NCBI GenBank assembly: GCA_029856525.1
Contig: JAHQXC010000001.1
Span: forward strand, 1 to 44,963
Reading direction: 5' to 3'
Length of the DNA stretch: 44,963 bases
DNA from: Candidatus Odinarchaeia archaeon
Lineage (GTDB): Archaea > Asgardarchaeota > Odinarchaeia > Odinarchaeales > Odinarchaeaceae
The notes below the pieces were generated by a model that was given only the letters and a program-made list of their open reading frames with translations, was not told the origin of the DNA and did no database searches. How positions within the stretch are numbered: position 1 is the stretch's first letter; each line of letters starts with the position of its first letter. Position numbers and translations under genes: made by a program. Below, in pieces: positions 32,542 to 41,564 of this stretch.

Positions 32542-33567
32542 GTGAAGAGATTAAAGATTCATTTAAATTTAAAAAAAGTATACCGATTTTATAAAGGTGG
32601 TATATTGCAGCTTTTCCCTGGAACAAAAGAAGCTTGGCTAACTGTAATTAAAGAAAAAGTAGTTGAGTTAATTGATAGAATTAATAGAGGTAGGGTTTAT
32701 CTACCAGACCAGTTAAAAAATATTGATAAAAGGAAAATAATATATGTATTAGAGTTTATACTCGAAATAATTCGCGTGAATAGAAACGCTGTAATAGAGG
32801 ATATATTATACTCTCCTAAAGCGCGTGGATTATATAAAATCAATGATCGCGAGGAACTAGAGCTTATTTTAAATTATATTGAGGGAGTCTTGCAAGCGCC
32901 TAGAGAAGACTTCATGTTGTTTGAAGATATTCCAACACCTATCTACGGCGATCTTAAAATCGAATATTACTCTCCTTTAACTTCACATGATAAAATAATT
33001 AAGCTTAATGATAAAAAGAATATTCAGTTTATAGATCCGTTATTATATAAAATGAATTTCATAGATTGTAAAGCGGATAAAGTTTTAGTAACAGGATTCG
33101 ACTTCGAAAATTTAATAGAACATAAAGTCCCAGAGCAGCTTAACTGTATTCTTATAGGTATGGGAGCACATATACCTAGGTCTACTAGACACTTATTGAG
33201 AAGGTTAAATCTTGAATTAAATCTCCCTGTTTATATTTTAACAGAAGCGTCCCCCTTCGGTTTACTGCAGTCTATAAATCTTATTAAAGGAGCCTCGGAG
33301 ACGACTCCGCCCTTCCTTCAAAAATTTATAGTCAGCCATGCAATGTGGGTAGGAGTCTCTATAGGAGATATTTTAGAAGACTATAGTACGATACCTTTAA
33401 ACGAGGAGGATATCAGAATTTTAGATAAGATTAAAGATACTAATTTAGCTAGAATTCAACCATATAAGCAAGAATTAGAATTATACATTGAAAAAAAGGT
33501 TAAATCAGAATACGAACAGCTTAAAGAATTAGATGTAGTCAAATATATTTCTGCTAAAATACCGTGA
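32542..33567 (+). CDS. Top6A/Spo11-like protein with degenerate TOPRIM active site
   Basis: Collinear with Top6A. VLVTGFDFENL stands in place of vLvVEKdavF. GAHIPRSTRHLLRRLNLELNLPVYILTEASPFG stands in place of GqPdraTRrflrrL..el.lPvyiLtDaDPyG. IEDILYS stands in place of iRDlYY. Confidence 0.8.
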   Translation: MKRLKIHLNLKKVYRFYKGGILQLFPGTKEAWLTVIKEKVVELIDRINRGRVYLPDQLKNIDKRKIIYVLEFILEIIRVNRNAVIEDILYSPKARGLYKINDREELELILNYIEGVLQAPREDFMLFEDIPTPIYGDLKIEYYSPLTSHDKIIKLNDKKNIQFIDPLLYKMNFIDCKADKVLVTGFDFENLIEHKVPEQLNCILIGMGAHIPRSTRHLLRRLNLELNLPVYILTEASPFGLLQSINLIKGASETTPPFLQKFIVSHAMWVGVSIGDILEDYSTIPLNEEDIRILDKIKDTNLARIQPYKQELELYIEKKVKSEYEQLKELDVVKYISAKIP

Positions 33568-33580
33568 ACTACCCCTATTG

Positions 33581-33729
33581 GAAAGTGTTTGCTGGTATTT
33601 CTACCAGCAGAGGCTTTGTCTCAGCAGCGCATAGGAGCGCCCAAGCCCGATAAGCCTCTCTTCAATATGTTTAGATTTCTTTGGAAATTATAAATACTTT
33701 TCAGCTTTCAACCCCCGGCTTTCGCAGGG
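33581..33729. ncRNA. Unclassified GC-rich structured element, copy B (paralogue of 22673..22789)
   Basis: Same block order as copy A: AAAGT..GCTGGTA-loop-TACCAGC..GCTTT, GTCTCAGCAG, an extra hairpin insert of about 29 nt, TATAAATA (33689..33696), then CCCCCGGCTTTCGCAGGG. Confidence 0.45.
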
Positions 33730-33801
33730 ACTACCCCGCCTATGAAGGGGGAAATGACTATTAGAATGAAAGGGAAGCTAAAGCCGTGCTTTAACAAGCA
33801 G

Positions 33802-34143
33802 CTAGATTACACATGAACCTGTCTCAAGATATCGTATATATTTAACCTCATCTCTTTCCATCAACTTGTAAATCTGTTTTTTATTAGCGTAAACTATCGC
33901 GGATACAAGCGGCTTACTCCAACTACCAGGCACGGGTTTAACACCGGTTTTTTCTAATGCGACTAGAAGATCCTCTAAAGAGTTTTTACCTACAACTCTG
34001 ACGCGGAAACACCTCTCTTCGTCGCTTAAATTAAGCATCTCCTCGAATTCAGGTGATATTTTACGTGAACGCTGGCTTTTAGAATATTCATCATATATTT
34101 TTCTAGCAGTATGAGAGTCTTTATCAATGATATGTTTAGGCAT
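33802..34143 (-). CDS. Hypothetical protein
   Basis: 113-aa ORF downstream of, and co-oriented with, the PLD-like gene. No confident motif. Confidence 0.45.
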   Translation of the reverse strand: MPKHIIDKDSHTARKIYDEYSKSQRSRKISPEFEEMLNLSDEERCFRVRVVGKNSLEDLLVALEKTGVKPVPGSWSKPLVSAIVYANKKQIYKLMERDEVKYIRYLETGSCVI

Positions 34144-34274
34144 TAAACCACCAACAGATAATATGCAATTAGAGTTAATAATTTTTAGATGTAAGTTCCA
34201 AGCTTATAAATTATGCGGAGTTTCAGCTAACACTCGTTTATGTATTTTAAATTTAACACTTTCATTTAGAGATT

Positions 34275-34730
34275 TTACGAGGTTGATGCGGTTTTCCTCT
34301 TCTTATCTATTATACGTATAAGCTTTTCCGCGTACTCTAGCGCCTTATTCACTAAAGCCTTATCATTAGAGTATATGCCTATATCAAAGAACCTGTCGTT
34401 AGCGGTCTTCGAGAGATCCGCGCTCGAAGTTAATAATTCATCTTGATCTCTGATTATCACATGTCCGTTAACTAGAGGATCGGTGAAAATTTTACAACCG
34501 ATTTTTTCAAAGAAAGCCAAGGCTTTTCTATGCGATGAGTCTTTATCCTCCGGCCTTGTAACTATATATACTTCCACACCGTTAATGCGAAGCTGATTTA
34601 TTTTCTCCAGTAGGTGTTCAATATTACTTAGATTAGGTTGAATTAAAACAAGTGTTTTTTTAGCAGCGATAATTAAATCCACGGAGGCATAAAACAGTTC
34701 ACTATCTGTGATAAACCGGTTTTTAGACAT
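34275..34730 (-). CDS. Small PLD/Nuc-fold protein with atypical HKD motif
   Basis: 151 aa. The layout AAKKTLVLIQPNLS ... NGVEVYIVTRPED ... NGHVIIRDQDELLTSSADLS follows single-domain PLD nucleases, but the HxK lysine position is Ile and GSxN reads SSAD. Confidence 0.6.
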   Translation of the reverse strand: MSKNRFITDSELFYASVDLIIAAKKTLVLIQPNLSNIEHLLEKINQLRINGVEVYIVTRPEDKDSSHRKALAFFEKIGCKIFTDPLVNGHVIIRDQDELLTSSADLSKTANDRFFDIGIYSNDKALVNKALEYAEKLIRIIDKKRKTASTS

Positions 34731-35073
34731 TTTAATACCTCTAAAGTTTAAATTAAATATTATTTTAATAGTCTTATACTTTACAATAGTTAATAGTTGT
34801 TTTATAAAGATGTCTGCTGAGAAAAATACGCTTAAGTTAAGATACCTTGATGTTTATCTTAAATATATTCTTGAAACATGATACTTTAAGCGAATACATG
34901 TGGATGAAATTATTAGCTTAAGATTTAGTTTCATTTAAATTTCATAACGGTTTTTAAAATTGATATGTTAAAATAATTTTCAGCGGTGATTACTATATAA
35001 TTAGATAAATTTATATTTTTAAATAGTATTCTATTCGATAAAATATAAAATTGTAACATTTAAGTGGATTAAT

Positions 35074-35349
35074 ATGGCTGAATTAAAGGTTAAAAGGGAG
35101 GATATAGCGAAGGTCTCTAAGGCGATAGGCTCAACTACACGATGGGAGATATTAAAAATATTAAAAGAACGTAAAATGGATGTGAGTAGAATAGCTGAAA
35201 TGTTAAAACAGACGGAGGCTAACATAAGCGCTCAGATAAAAATATTAGAGAGAGCCGGACTTGTGAGATCGACTTATGAGCCTGGCGAGCATGGTGTGAG
35301 AAAAGTCTGCGAGTTAACTGTGAATAGAATTATAATAGAGATTGAGTGA
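35074..35349 (+). CDS. ArsR-family winged-helix transcription regulator
   Basis: 91 aa. TTRWEILKILKERKMDVSRIAEMLKQTEANISAQIKILERAGLV is a typical ArsR HTH. Confidence 0.8.
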   Translation: MAELKVKREDIAKVSKAIGSTTRWEILKILKERKMDVSRIAEMLKQTEANISAQIKILERAGLVRSTYEPGEHGVRKVCELTVNRIIIEIE

Positions 35350-35353
35350 AAAA

Positions 35354-37024
35354 TTAGCCGAATGAGATTTGCGGCGGTTCAAACTCCCTTCTTTTTAAAG
35401 CCTGTCTTATAAATTCATAATATATTGGAGAAGGAGAGTTAGGCCTAGATTTAAACTCTGGATGAAACTGAACGCCGACCATCCAATTTTCACCTTCAAT
35501 CTCTATGCTGTTTATAACCGAGCCGCTCTCATCATAACTTGAAATAATTAAACCCTTGCTCTCAGCTCTCTTAGCGTATTCGTTAATTATATGAAAACGA
35601 TGTCTGAAACGTTCGACGACAACGTCGCGCTTATAAGCATCGTAGAGCCGTGTACCCTTCTTAATAAAAACTTTATGCCCGCCGAGCTTCATAGTCCCGC
35701 CTTTCTCCACTAATTGTTTCTGTTCAGGGAGAAGGTCGACTACAGGGTCAGGGGTATCAGGGTCCACTTCAGTTGAGTTAGCTTTAGGTAGATTAAGCGC
35801 TTTTCTACAAAACGCTATAAACATAAGCTGAGCTCCGAAGCAGATTCCTAGAAAGGGAATCTTATGTTCATATGCGAATTGGGCTGTTAAAATCATACCC
35901 TCCACGCCTCTAAAACCGAATCCGGGTGTTAAGAGAATTCCATCAAACTGTTTTAACATTTCAAGTGTCTGAGGATTCTGCTCGAATTGTAGAGTATCAA
36001 TCCATTTAATGTTCACTTTAACACCTAAATGGGCTCCAGCATGTTTTAAAGCCTCATTTATACTAATATAGCTGTCTATTATGGAACAATATTTACCGGG
36101 CATGGCGATATTAACGGTTTTTTTAGGCGATTTAAACAGTTGAATCATAGCCTCCCATTGAGCAGTATCAGGAGCCTTAATAGGGAGTTCTAGTATTTTA
36201 CATAGTGTGTCTCCTAAACCCTGAGATTCGAAATTAAGAGGCATCTCATATACGATATCAATGTAAGAGCTAGAGATGACAGCGTTCTCAGGAACATTAC
36301 AGTACATTGCTAATTTCGCTCTCACATCATCTGTTAAAGGTATATCAGCTCTACCTACAACAATATCAGGTTGCAACCCCATGCCTTGAAGTGTTTTAAC
36401 GCTGTGCTGAGCCGGCTTTGTTTTAAGCTGACCGACTTTAGTTAAAAAAGGAACATACGCTACGTGAACTATAGCTGAGTTCTTTTTCCCCTCCTCTAAA
36501 CATAATTGCCGGATCGCTTCAACAAAAGGCATGCTTTCAATATCACCTATCGTCCCACCTAACTCAGCTATAATAATATCCGCCTTACTTTTTTCAGCTA
36601 CTAAGCGAATCCTCTTTTTTATCTCATCAGTTATATGAGGGACTATTTGAACAGTGCGGCCTAAAAATTCTCCTCGACGCTCTTTAAGTAAAACTGTGAG
36701 GTATATCTGACCGCTGGTGATATTATTTCTCGGATGAATATTCTTATCTAGAAATCTTTCATATGTTCCAAAATCCTGATCAATCTCGGATATTTTAAAA
36801 ACAATGTTAGGCACAGGGGTGAAGTCCCAAACCTCCTCTGTAACGAAAACCTCCCCGTGCTCAACCGGATTTAACACACCCGGGTCAACGTTAAGATAGG
36901 GGTCTATTTTAATTATATCAACGGAGTAACCTCTAAACTGAAATAATTTACCGATGGAGGCGGCTGTGATCCCTTTACCTATACCAGACATTACGCCGCC
37001 TGTTACAAAAACATATTTCACCAT
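35354..37024 (-). CDS. pyrG: CTP synthase
   Basis: 556 aa. N-terminal synthetase domain (GGTIGDIES) and C-terminal glutamine amidotransferase domain (GICFGAQL). Confidence 0.95.
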   Translation of the reverse strand: MVKYVFVTGGVMSGIGKGITAASIGKLFQFRGYSVDIIKIDPYLNVDPGVLNPVEHGEVFVTEEVWDFTPVPNIVFKISEIDQDFGTYERFLDKNIHPRNNITSGQIYLTVLLKERRGEFLGRTVQIVPHITDEIKKRIRLVAEKSKADIIIAELGGTIGDIESMPFVEAIRQLCLEEGKKNSAIVHVAYVPFLTKVGQLKTKPAQHSVKTLQGMGLQPDIVVGRADIPLTDDVRAKLAMYCNVPENAVISSSYIDIVYEMPLNFESQGLGDTLCKILELPIKAPDTAQWEAMIQLFKSPKKTVNIAMPGKYCSIIDSYISINEALKHAGAHLGVKVNIKWIDTLQFEQNPQTLEMLKQFDGILLTPGFGFRGVEGMILTAQFAYEHKIPFLGICFGAQLMFIAFCRKALNLPKANSTEVDPDTPDPVVDLLPEQKQLVEKGGTMKLGGHKVFIKKGTRLYDAYKRDVVVERFRHRFHIINEYAKRAESKGLIISSYDESGSVINSIEIEGENWMVGVQFHPEFKSRPNSPSPIYYEFIRQALKRREFEPPQISFG

Positions 37025-37054
37025 TCAATCATCAACTCGAATAATTTAAGAATA

Positions 37055-37495
37055 TTATTTAATTTTAAGTCCTAAGCTTAAAATTTTTTGTATCAGCTTC
37101 TTTGTAGAAGCGGTGAGCTCGTAATTGTACACTTCTTTTAAATCAACCCATATAACGTCTTCTACGTCGCTTGAAGGCTGAGGCGCCCCCTCCACACTGT
37201 TAGCGAAAAAATCTATAATAATATAATGGAATCGAATACCTCCTCTTCCATCCCGTTCAATATAATCGAAAACTCCGGCAACGTCTCCTAAAGTTACTTT
37301 AAGATGGGTTTCCTCTTCTATCTCCCGGATAGCCGCAGATTCTAAACTCTCACCTACACGCACTACGCCACCGGGAATAGCCCATTTCCCTCTACCGGGT
37401 TCATTACGTCTCTTAACTAGGAGGATACGCCCATCCCTTATTATAACCACGCCGACTCCAACCACAGGCTGAGAGGGATAAACTCTACCGCTCAT
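37055..37495 (-). CDS. Nudix hydrolase
   Basis: Nudix box GGVVRVGESLESAAIREIEEETHL. Confidence 0.9.
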   Translation of the reverse strand: MSGRVYPSQPVVGVGVVIIRDGRILLVKRRNEPGRGKWAIPGGVVRVGESLESAAIREIEEETHLKVTLGDVAGVFDYIERDGRGGIRFHYIIIDFFANSVEGAPQPSSDVEDVIWVDLKEVYNYELTASTKKLIQKILSLGLKIK

Positions 37496-37618
37496 TTTAA
37501 TTTCAACCGTGCCGTCGAATAATTCTTAGCATAATAGGAATAACTAATAGAAGACGCCTACCTAAAAACTTTAATATTATTAGATTAAACGTAATAGGAA
37601 ATATCCCTTGGTAAAACG

Positions 37619-38014
37619 GTGTTCGAGATGAATGGCAGTCAACTAAAATTAGATGAAATAGCTAACCGCATTAGAGAAGTTTTAAGTAAACCTGTAGACG
37701 GGCGGACTGCCTTAACAGATCTATGGAAGCTGAGAGCGGAGATTGAGTATGCGACAGGTATTTTAAGCCTGGAGTTAGAGGAGCGCGCAGAATTAGAGAG
37801 AATAACTAAACCTCTTAGATTAAAGAAAAAAGATAAAGATACCATCGTTAATCAGATAAACGAGGTTTTACTAGAGTTACCTTCTAGTAAAGAGAATAAA
37901 ATTCTGCTTTTCGAAAAATTATGGAAATTAAGAGAGCTGGTGACCATGCTTTTAAAAGTAAGCGATAACGTTTATAAAAAAATAAAAATAGGGGAGGAGA
38001 GCTTTAATAAATGA
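37619..38014 (+). CDS. Hypothetical helical protein with internal duplication
   Basis: 131 aa. Two related units (IREVL...DLWKLRAEIEY and INEVL...KLWKLRELVTM). No known motif. Confidence 0.45.
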   Translation: MFEMNGSQLKLDEIANRIREVLSKPVDGRTALTDLWKLRAEIEYATGILSLELEERAELERITKPLRLKKKDKDTIVNQINEVLLELPSSKENKILLFEKLWKLRELVTMLLKVSDNVYKKIKIGEESFNK

Positions 38015-38158
38015 ATTAACTCTCGCTTTCATAAGGCTGCTTCCAGCTTCATGACCGCGTTTTAGATGAGTTTAGGGGTAGAATCCTCTCCGAACAGGTT
38101 TCTAAACTCTCCAAGTCTTGTTAATCTCTTATCCGAATTAAGCAGCCTGCCAGTGAAG

Positions 38159-39175
38159 TTAAAGTTTTTCGCATCGGAGATCTATTATTTCTTCAGCTGA
38201 TGGACCTAAGCCTAACAGTGTAACAGGAGCTCTAACATAGTCCTCAACTTTCTCCACGAATTCTTTAGCCTCCCTAGGTAGATCTTCATATTTTTTAACA
38301 CCCTTCGCCGCCGGGAACACTACATCTAATTTTGTGAGAGCCACTTGGGTAGCTCCGTTTAACATTACAGCTCTTTTAGCTAGTTCGAAATTGAATGGAG
38401 CCGCTCTTCTTTTACGGCCTGTAACAGTTCCAACCTCTAACCAGCCTCTCGCTCTAGCCTCTTCTTCACTTAACTCGTTTGGTAGAGGACCGCCGCCCAC
38501 CCTTGTAGTATAAGATTTGAAAACCACGTAAACATCGTCGACTCTAGTAGGACCTACACCTACATCAGAGCACGCTGCGGCCGCGCATACATCTTTACTG
38601 GTACAATAAGGCCAAGAATAAAAATGGTAAAGTGATATAAATGTACCCTGTGTTCCTTCAATTAACACGGTTTCACCCCGGTCTAACGCCTCGTTTACTT
38701 CTAAAGGCACATCTGTGATAAACTTAGCTAATTCAGGTAAATCCTGGGCTAGTTTTGACACCCGTTTAACCCGGTCCACGTTAGCTGGCCCGCAGCCGGT
38801 TCCAGTTGTACCAACCTTGCCGCTTAAATGAGCGTCCTGTTTATCTAATTCTATATGCTTAGGTTCAATTATAGCGCAATGGCCGTCTACACCTAGTCGA
38901 TTATAAATTTTGGTTACTTCAAGCTCTGAGAAAAGCACACTCGGATTCACTAACACACCCGGGCCGATAAGAATTCTAGCTTTTTCAGCTATAAAACCGC
39001 TTGGAAGCATTCTAAGCTTATATGAAACACCTTTATATTCAACAGTGTGACCGGCGTTAGGTCCAACACCGGATCTAGCTACAATTGAAGGATTATCGCT
39101 TAAAGCGAGGTAAGATATTATCTTACCTTTACCTTCATCCCCAAAGTGCCCGCCTACAACTACTGAACATGGCAA
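38159..39175 (-). CDS. purA: Adenylosuccinate synthetase (short archaeal type)
   Basis: 338 aa. GGHFGDEGKGKI P-loop and GTTGTGCGPA motif. Confidence 0.92.
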   Translation of the reverse strand: MPCSVVVGGHFGDEGKGKIISYLALSDNPSIVARSGVGPNAGHTVEYKGVSYKLRMLPSGFIAEKARILIGPGVLVNPSVLFSELEVTKIYNRLGVDGHCAIIEPKHIELDKQDAHLSGKVGTTGTGCGPANVDRVKRVSKLAQDLPELAKFITDVPLEVNEALDRGETVLIEGTQGTFISLYHFYSWPYCTSKDVCAAAACSDVGVGPTRVDDVYVVFKSYTTRVGGGPLPNELSEEEARARGWLEVGTVTGRKRRAAPFNFELAKRAVMLNGATQVALTKLDVVFPAAKGVKKYEDLPREAKEFVEKVEDYVRAPVTLLGLGPSAEEIIDLRCEKL

Positions 39176-39254
39176 GTTTAAACCTCCGTTTAAATTAACA
39201 TTATGAACGTTATATTTAAAATTAAAATTTAACTATTTCATTTATGAGCAGGAT

Positions 39255-39329
39255 AGTAGATTCGGTTGATGATATGAGGGTTAACTGAGAGTGATGAAGT
39301 TAAGGCATTTGTTTGAAACTGAATCTACT
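39255..39329 (+). ncRNA. C/D box sRNA
   Basis: Terminal stem AGTAGAT/ATCTACT. C box TGATGA at 39267..39272, a 12-nt guide, D' CTGA at 39285..39288, C' GTGATGA at 39291..39297, D CTGA at 39319..39322. The guide segment AAGGCATTTG equals plus-strand 17910..17919, so it is complementary to the 23S rRNA. Confidence 0.7.
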
Positions 39330-39344
39330 CTGAAAATCTAATAC

Positions 39345-39412
39345 TATATCAGATCGTTTCAAAGTTTCCTCATAGCGAGAGCTCAGGAGACCGTCGAATC
39401 ATCATCTACTCT
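39345..39412 (-). ncRNA. C/D box sRNA (second, convergent)
   Basis: The reverse strand reads ATGATGA, guide TTCGACGGTCTC, CTGA, then a 9-nt linker, ATGAGGA (C' variant), a 14-nt guide and CTGA. The guide segment CGACGGTCT is complementary to 23S rRNA (plus-strand 17261..17269) in the conserved GGGUUUAGACCGUCGUGAGAC region. Confidence 0.55.
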
Positions 39413-39478
39413 TTAAATAATTGTGTGGAGGGTATTATACTTTTCGTTTACTTATATTCGATGCAGTCTAACCTCATA

Positions 39479-40066
39479 TTATAGGTTTAACAGAGTTCTC
39501 GCATATTCTCTAGCTATCTCCACGCTGATAGAGGCGGCTTTAATAGGCTCGGCGCTGACTACTACGAAAAGCGGCTCCTTCCCCCATCCCGCCGTCTCAT
39601 AAAATATATCTGGTATAAACCCATATACCTCTTTAAGATATCTTATCTTCCAAGGCATTGATTTAATTAAACTCAGCCTTTCTTTTTCAGGTTCCTTTGA
39701 TCGGTCAATACCCCCTACTGAAAGATTTTTCAGCCGCGCGTATTCGACTATAATTTTCTTTAACCGCTCATCATACTTGAAATTGATTCCAGCTCTTATT
39801 TCAGGGCGATATTTTCTAATTTCTAGTATGGCTCTAGCCATATGATCTGAGGCTCCGAACTTAGGTAGACCGGCGGCTTTTGGATAACCGTTAACAACGG
39901 TTATCCGCCCGTCTATGCCAGCAACATCACCTGTACTTTCAGCGTTGGATAAAGCGTATACAATGTTGACTCTAACCTCTGGAACAAGTAGCGCGAACTC
40001 CTTGCATTCTTCGAGTATTTGAACAGATTTAACAAGCTCCCCTAATATTTGAGCATGCTCATCCAT
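39479..40066 (-). CDS. thiN: ThiN-type thiamine-phosphate synthase domain protein
   Basis: 195 aa. PEVRVNIVYA ... GIDGRITVV ... FGASDHMARAILE resembles the ThiN (COG1992) family as I remember it. Confidence 0.65.
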   Translation of the reverse strand: MDEHAQILGELVKSVQILEECKEFALLVPEVRVNIVYALSNAESTGDVAGIDGRITVVNGYPKAAGLPKFGASDHMARAILEIRKYRPEIRAGINFKYDERLKKIIVEYARLKNLSVGGIDRSKEPEKERLSLIKSMPWKIRYLKEVYGFIPDIFYETAGWGKEPLFVVVSAEPIKAASISVEIAREYARTLLNL

Positions 40067-40083
40067 TAAAAACTCCTTCCATT

Positions 40084-41163
40084 TTATTGCATAGATTTAA
40101 AATATGCCTCCCAGAATGGGTCGACTTTAACAGGCTTCAAAACCCGTTTAGAACCGTCTTTCCCGATGATAACCCGCTGATCTTTTATTATTTCACCTAT
40201 CTCCCAGGACTCTATGCCTTTTTTATTTAACGCCTCCTGTATGAGACCGACATTAGATGGAGGGCACGTTAAAATTAAAGTCCCCTCGCTTATAGATATA
40301 AGCGGGTCTATCTGAAAATAGTTGCAAACAGCGGAAATCTCCTCTGGAATTATAATTTTCTCCTCATATATTTTGCAGCCGACCTTTGAGGCTTCAGCTA
40401 TCTCATAGACAGCGTTTAAAACACCGCCCTCTGTAGCGTCATGCATAGCGTTAGCGAAGCTAGCGGAGGCTAGCGCGTCTTCTACAACAGTCATATTGAA
40501 AATATGTTTTTTCGCTTTTTCAACTATTTTATTTCCTAAAGCTTCCCGTAAAGCTTGCTCTGCTTGAACGGCTAAAACACCAGTAGCTTCTATAGCCGGG
40601 CCTTTAGTTAAAAGAATTTTATCGCCTATTTTAGCGTTACTCGGAGGTTTAATCTGATCTCTTTTTCCTATTCCGATAACTGTACACCCCCCGTTCAGAG
40701 GGTAGCCTATACCAGGATATACGCCTGTATGCCCGCCTATAATACTAATATTAAGTTTTTTGCATTCTTCGTGGACTTGACTCCATATTTTATCTAGTAG
40801 ACTGACATCTGTTCCAGGCGGTAAAAGCAGGCTGATAGTAAGATATGCAGGGGGGACACCTAAAACTGCAACGTCGCTAGCGCAGATATGCACAATCGCC
40901 CAGCCGAAGTAGTCTATTAAAGATGGAAGGCCGAAAGTAGGATCCTCTGCGATAACCATCACGTCTCCTTTCTCATCGTTTATAGATATAACAGCAGCGT
41001 CGACGCCGTGTTGAGGGCCTAGAATAACACGTTTATTAGCTGCTCCGAGTTTAGGGAAAATTATTTTATCGAAAACCTCCCTGTCTATTTTACCTATCGA
41101 CGGTAGCATTAACCTGCCTCCGTGACAACATTTTTTGAAATATGATTTTATACCACCGTGCAT
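40084..41163 (-). CDS. AIR synthase-related (PurM/ThiL/HypE superfamily) protein
   Basis: PurM-like N-terminal domain (GVDAAVISI ... IAEDPTF) and a C-terminal domain. Adjacent to thiN, so a ThiL-like role is possible but unproven. The true start may be the internal MLPSIGKID. Confidence 0.65.
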   Translation of the reverse strand: MHGGIKSYFKKCCHGGRLMLPSIGKIDREVFDKIIFPKLGAANKRVILGPQHGVDAAVISINDEKGDVMVIAEDPTFGLPSLIDYFGWAIVHICASDVAVLGVPPAYLTISLLLPPGTDVSLLDKIWSQVHEECKKLNISIIGGHTGVYPGIGYPLNGGCTVIGIGKRDQIKPPSNAKIGDKILLTKGPAIEATGVLAVQAEQALREALGNKIVEKAKKHIFNMTVVEDALASASFANAMHDATEGGVLNAVYEIAEASKVGCKIYEEKIIIPEEISAVCNYFQIDPLISISEGTLILTCPPSNVGLIQEALNKKGIESWEIGEIIKDQRVIIGKDGSKRVLKPVKVDPFWEAYFKSMQ

Positions 41164-41209
41164 ATTTATTAAGATTATTTCAGAGTATTCTATAATTAAG
41201 TGATTTTAT

Positions 41210-41563
41210 ATGAGTGATAGAATTAGTAAAATGGCGGATATGCTTAGAGCTGGAGCCACCATGCTTTCAATTACATGCCCTCAGTGTAATACTCCGCTCT
41301 TCAAATATAAAGGTGAGATTTACTGCGCCAATTGCGATAAAGTTGTGAAAATAGTTAAAGGCGATGAAGCCGCGCAGGCTGAGGAGGCTCAGCGAGCCCC
41401 AATCGATTTAAGCGGATTAGAGGATACGATCTTGGAGAAAGTAAGGAATTTAAGCGTGGTTATGCAGCAAGAAAAAGATTTAGATAACCTTGAACATATA
41501 ATAAAAAACTTAATCTTACTAGTAGACTTATTGGAGAGAGTTAAAAGGGTTAGCAAAATTTAA
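41210..41563 (+). CDS. Zn-ribbon protein of the UPF0148 / autoantigen p27-like family
   Basis: 117 aa. CPQCNTPLFKYKGEIYCANC followed by a helical tail. Confidence 0.65.
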   Translation: MSDRISKMADMLRAGATMLSITCPQCNTPLFKYKGEIYCANCDKVVKIVKGDEAAQAEEAQRAPIDLSGLEDTILEKVRNLSVVMQQEKDLDNLEHIIKNLILLVDLLERVKRVSKI

Positions 41564-41564
41564 G

